Shown: piece after piece, positions 50,789 to 51,920 of the stretch
Numbering within the stretch: the first letter of the stretch is position 1
Layout: the number at the start of each line of letters is the position of its first letter
IMG/VR virus record: IMGVR_UViG_3300042808_000034
Location: 1-51,920 of that record
Length of the DNA: 51,920 nucleotides
Strand: one strand, 5' to 3'
Source of the DNA: a virus
Lineage: Duplodnaviria > Caudoviricetes
The notes under the pieces: generated by a model
What the model was told of the DNA's origin: nothing
What the model saw: only the letters and a program-made list of their open reading frames with translations
Databases searched by the model: none
Made by a program: the position numbers and the translations under genes

Positions 50789-50901
50789 TATGTAGTGGTG
50801 GAAAAAGACACGATAAAGGCTATTGATTTGCTGAACCTGGGGTGGCGGAGTAATTAACCGCAAGGCAAATTATCCAAGGGTGAGAGTCCCTTGGCTACAT
50901 A
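50789..50901 (+). ncRNA. tRNA-like RNA with expanded central domain
   Basis: TATGTAG/CTACATA stem, GTG-GAAAAAGA-CAC D-like arm, CCAAGGG-TGAGAGT-CCCTTGG T-like arm. Confidence 0.55.
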
Positions 50902-50927
50902 CTTATTAAAAACTATAGGAGGTTATT

Positions 50928-51290
50928 ATGGAATCAAAAGATTTAAAAAATATAGTTATTGTGTTTGAAAATGTTGAGATATTAACATTAGAACCAAAAG
51001 ATTTTGTTTATATAAAATTAGAAGATATAACAGAAGATATAGTATTAAATATATCTGGTCAATTAATAAAATTTAAATATGCTAAAAAAATTAAATTAAG
51101 ATTGTATAATAATTTAAAGTTAGATAGATTATCAGAATATAGAGATATTACTTCTATAGATTTTATATATAAAGATAAATCTGAAGAAAGAATTTTTGTT
51201 GATTGGAATGATAAAGATGATTATGATAATTTTAATCAAATAAATAAAATAACAGATAAATATATAGAAATTAATATAGAAAATAGATAA
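50928..51290 (+). CDS. hypothetical phage protein
   Basis: IVFENVE..RL..YRDITSI; AGGAGG RBS. Confidence 0.65.
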   Translation: MESKDLKNIVIVFENVEILTLEPKDFVYIKLEDITEDIVLNISGQLIKFKYAKKIKLRLYNNLKLDRLSEYRDITSIDFIYKDKSEERIFVDWNDKDDYDNFNQINKITDKYIEINIENR

Positions 51291-51432
51291 AATATAAAAG
51301 TAATAAAGATGGATGGAGGTATTGTTTGACAACGTTAGGTAAAAACAATGTATAATGATATATTTTTTTATAAAAGATATTTAAATTATATAAAATCAAA
51401 AGGTAGCTTCTTTTGAAACGTTGTAATTATAT

Positions 51433-51519
51433 GGAGAATTAAATATAGGGGTCTATATAACCGTTTGCTAAACGGATTGTACTGAGAGGTATGTGTTTCG
51501 AGTACACAGTTCTCCGCCA
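51433..51519 (+). tRNA. tRNA-Ser (GCT)
   Basis: GGAGAAT/GTTCTCC acceptor, anticodon loop TT-GCT-AA, long variable arm, TTCGAGT T loop, discriminator G, encoded CCA. Confidence 0.85.
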
Positions 51520-51569
51520 TATAGAATATGTAAATATCCTATAAATAATTTTATTAGGAGGACGAGGAT

Positions 51570-51773
51570 TTGTGTGATTTATGTGAATCTAAAAAAGAAA
51601 GTATTGTTTATACTTTATGCGATGGTTCTAATATCATTATCTGTGAAGATTGTGGTAAATTGCTTTATGGCAAAGAATTTAAACCTGTAATAGACAGTAG
51701 ATTATTTCACTTCATTATGTTGCTTGAATACGTAGAAGCACAATTAAAAAACAAAAAAGACGGAGGACAATAA
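51570..51773 (+). CDS. small Zn-finger protein
   Basis: CDLC..CEDC; a similar ORF (MCDLCG..CEEC) starts at 51775 and runs off the window. Confidence 0.6.
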   Translation: MCDLCESKKESIVYTLCDGSNIIICEDCGKLLYGKEFKPVIDSRLFHFIMLLEYVEAQLKNKKDGGQ

Positions 51774-51920
51774 AATGTGTGATTTATGTGGAAAACATAA
51801 AAGTGTTTATGGTTATGAATTAGTAGATAATACTTGTATTCATATCTGTGAGGAATGCGAAGATGCTCTTTATGGAGTTGATTTAAGTCCTGGTTTTAAA
51901 TCTAGAGAATTGCATATGGC

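Noticed and set aside
51493-51690. 65-aa ORF
   Set aside because: Overlaps tRNA-Ser and the RBS-supported 51570 gene.
1-51920. Stop-codon reassignment or simple CGG sense reassignment
   Set aside because: TAA/TAG/TGA all end genes at sensible places, and the broken genes need a frame change rather than readthrough or a different amino acid.

Overview
A very AT-rich fragment of a large Bacillota (probably Clostridia-infecting) phage or prophage genome. Genes run leftward (- strand) from ~35.6 kb and rightward (+ strand) from ~37.3 kb, away from a compositionally asymmetric non-coding gap. The left arm carries an SPbeta-like replication cassette (DnaE, primase, DnaB-like helicase, AAA ATPase, PD-(D/E)XK nuclease), plus a C5 methyltransferase, ThyX-like enzyme, Hsp20, tyrosine recombinase, PNK-HD, Thg1, macrodomain, SpoIIID-like regulator and glucosaminidase. 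The right arm carries YopX, HNH, a nucleotidyltransferase, an iteron-like array beside a Rep-like gene, a Panacea protein, a structured ncRNA block and tRNA-Ser. Main discovery: 9 genes are broken at 11 sites. Every site is an in-frame CGG codon followed by A, and reading CGGA as one Gly (skipping the C) restores the expected conserved motif each time, including two sites in the primase. By my manual reading there is no other in-frame CGG in credible genes. This points to systematic quadruplet / +1 decoding of CGGA as glycine. All family calls come from motif recognition only; no searches were run.
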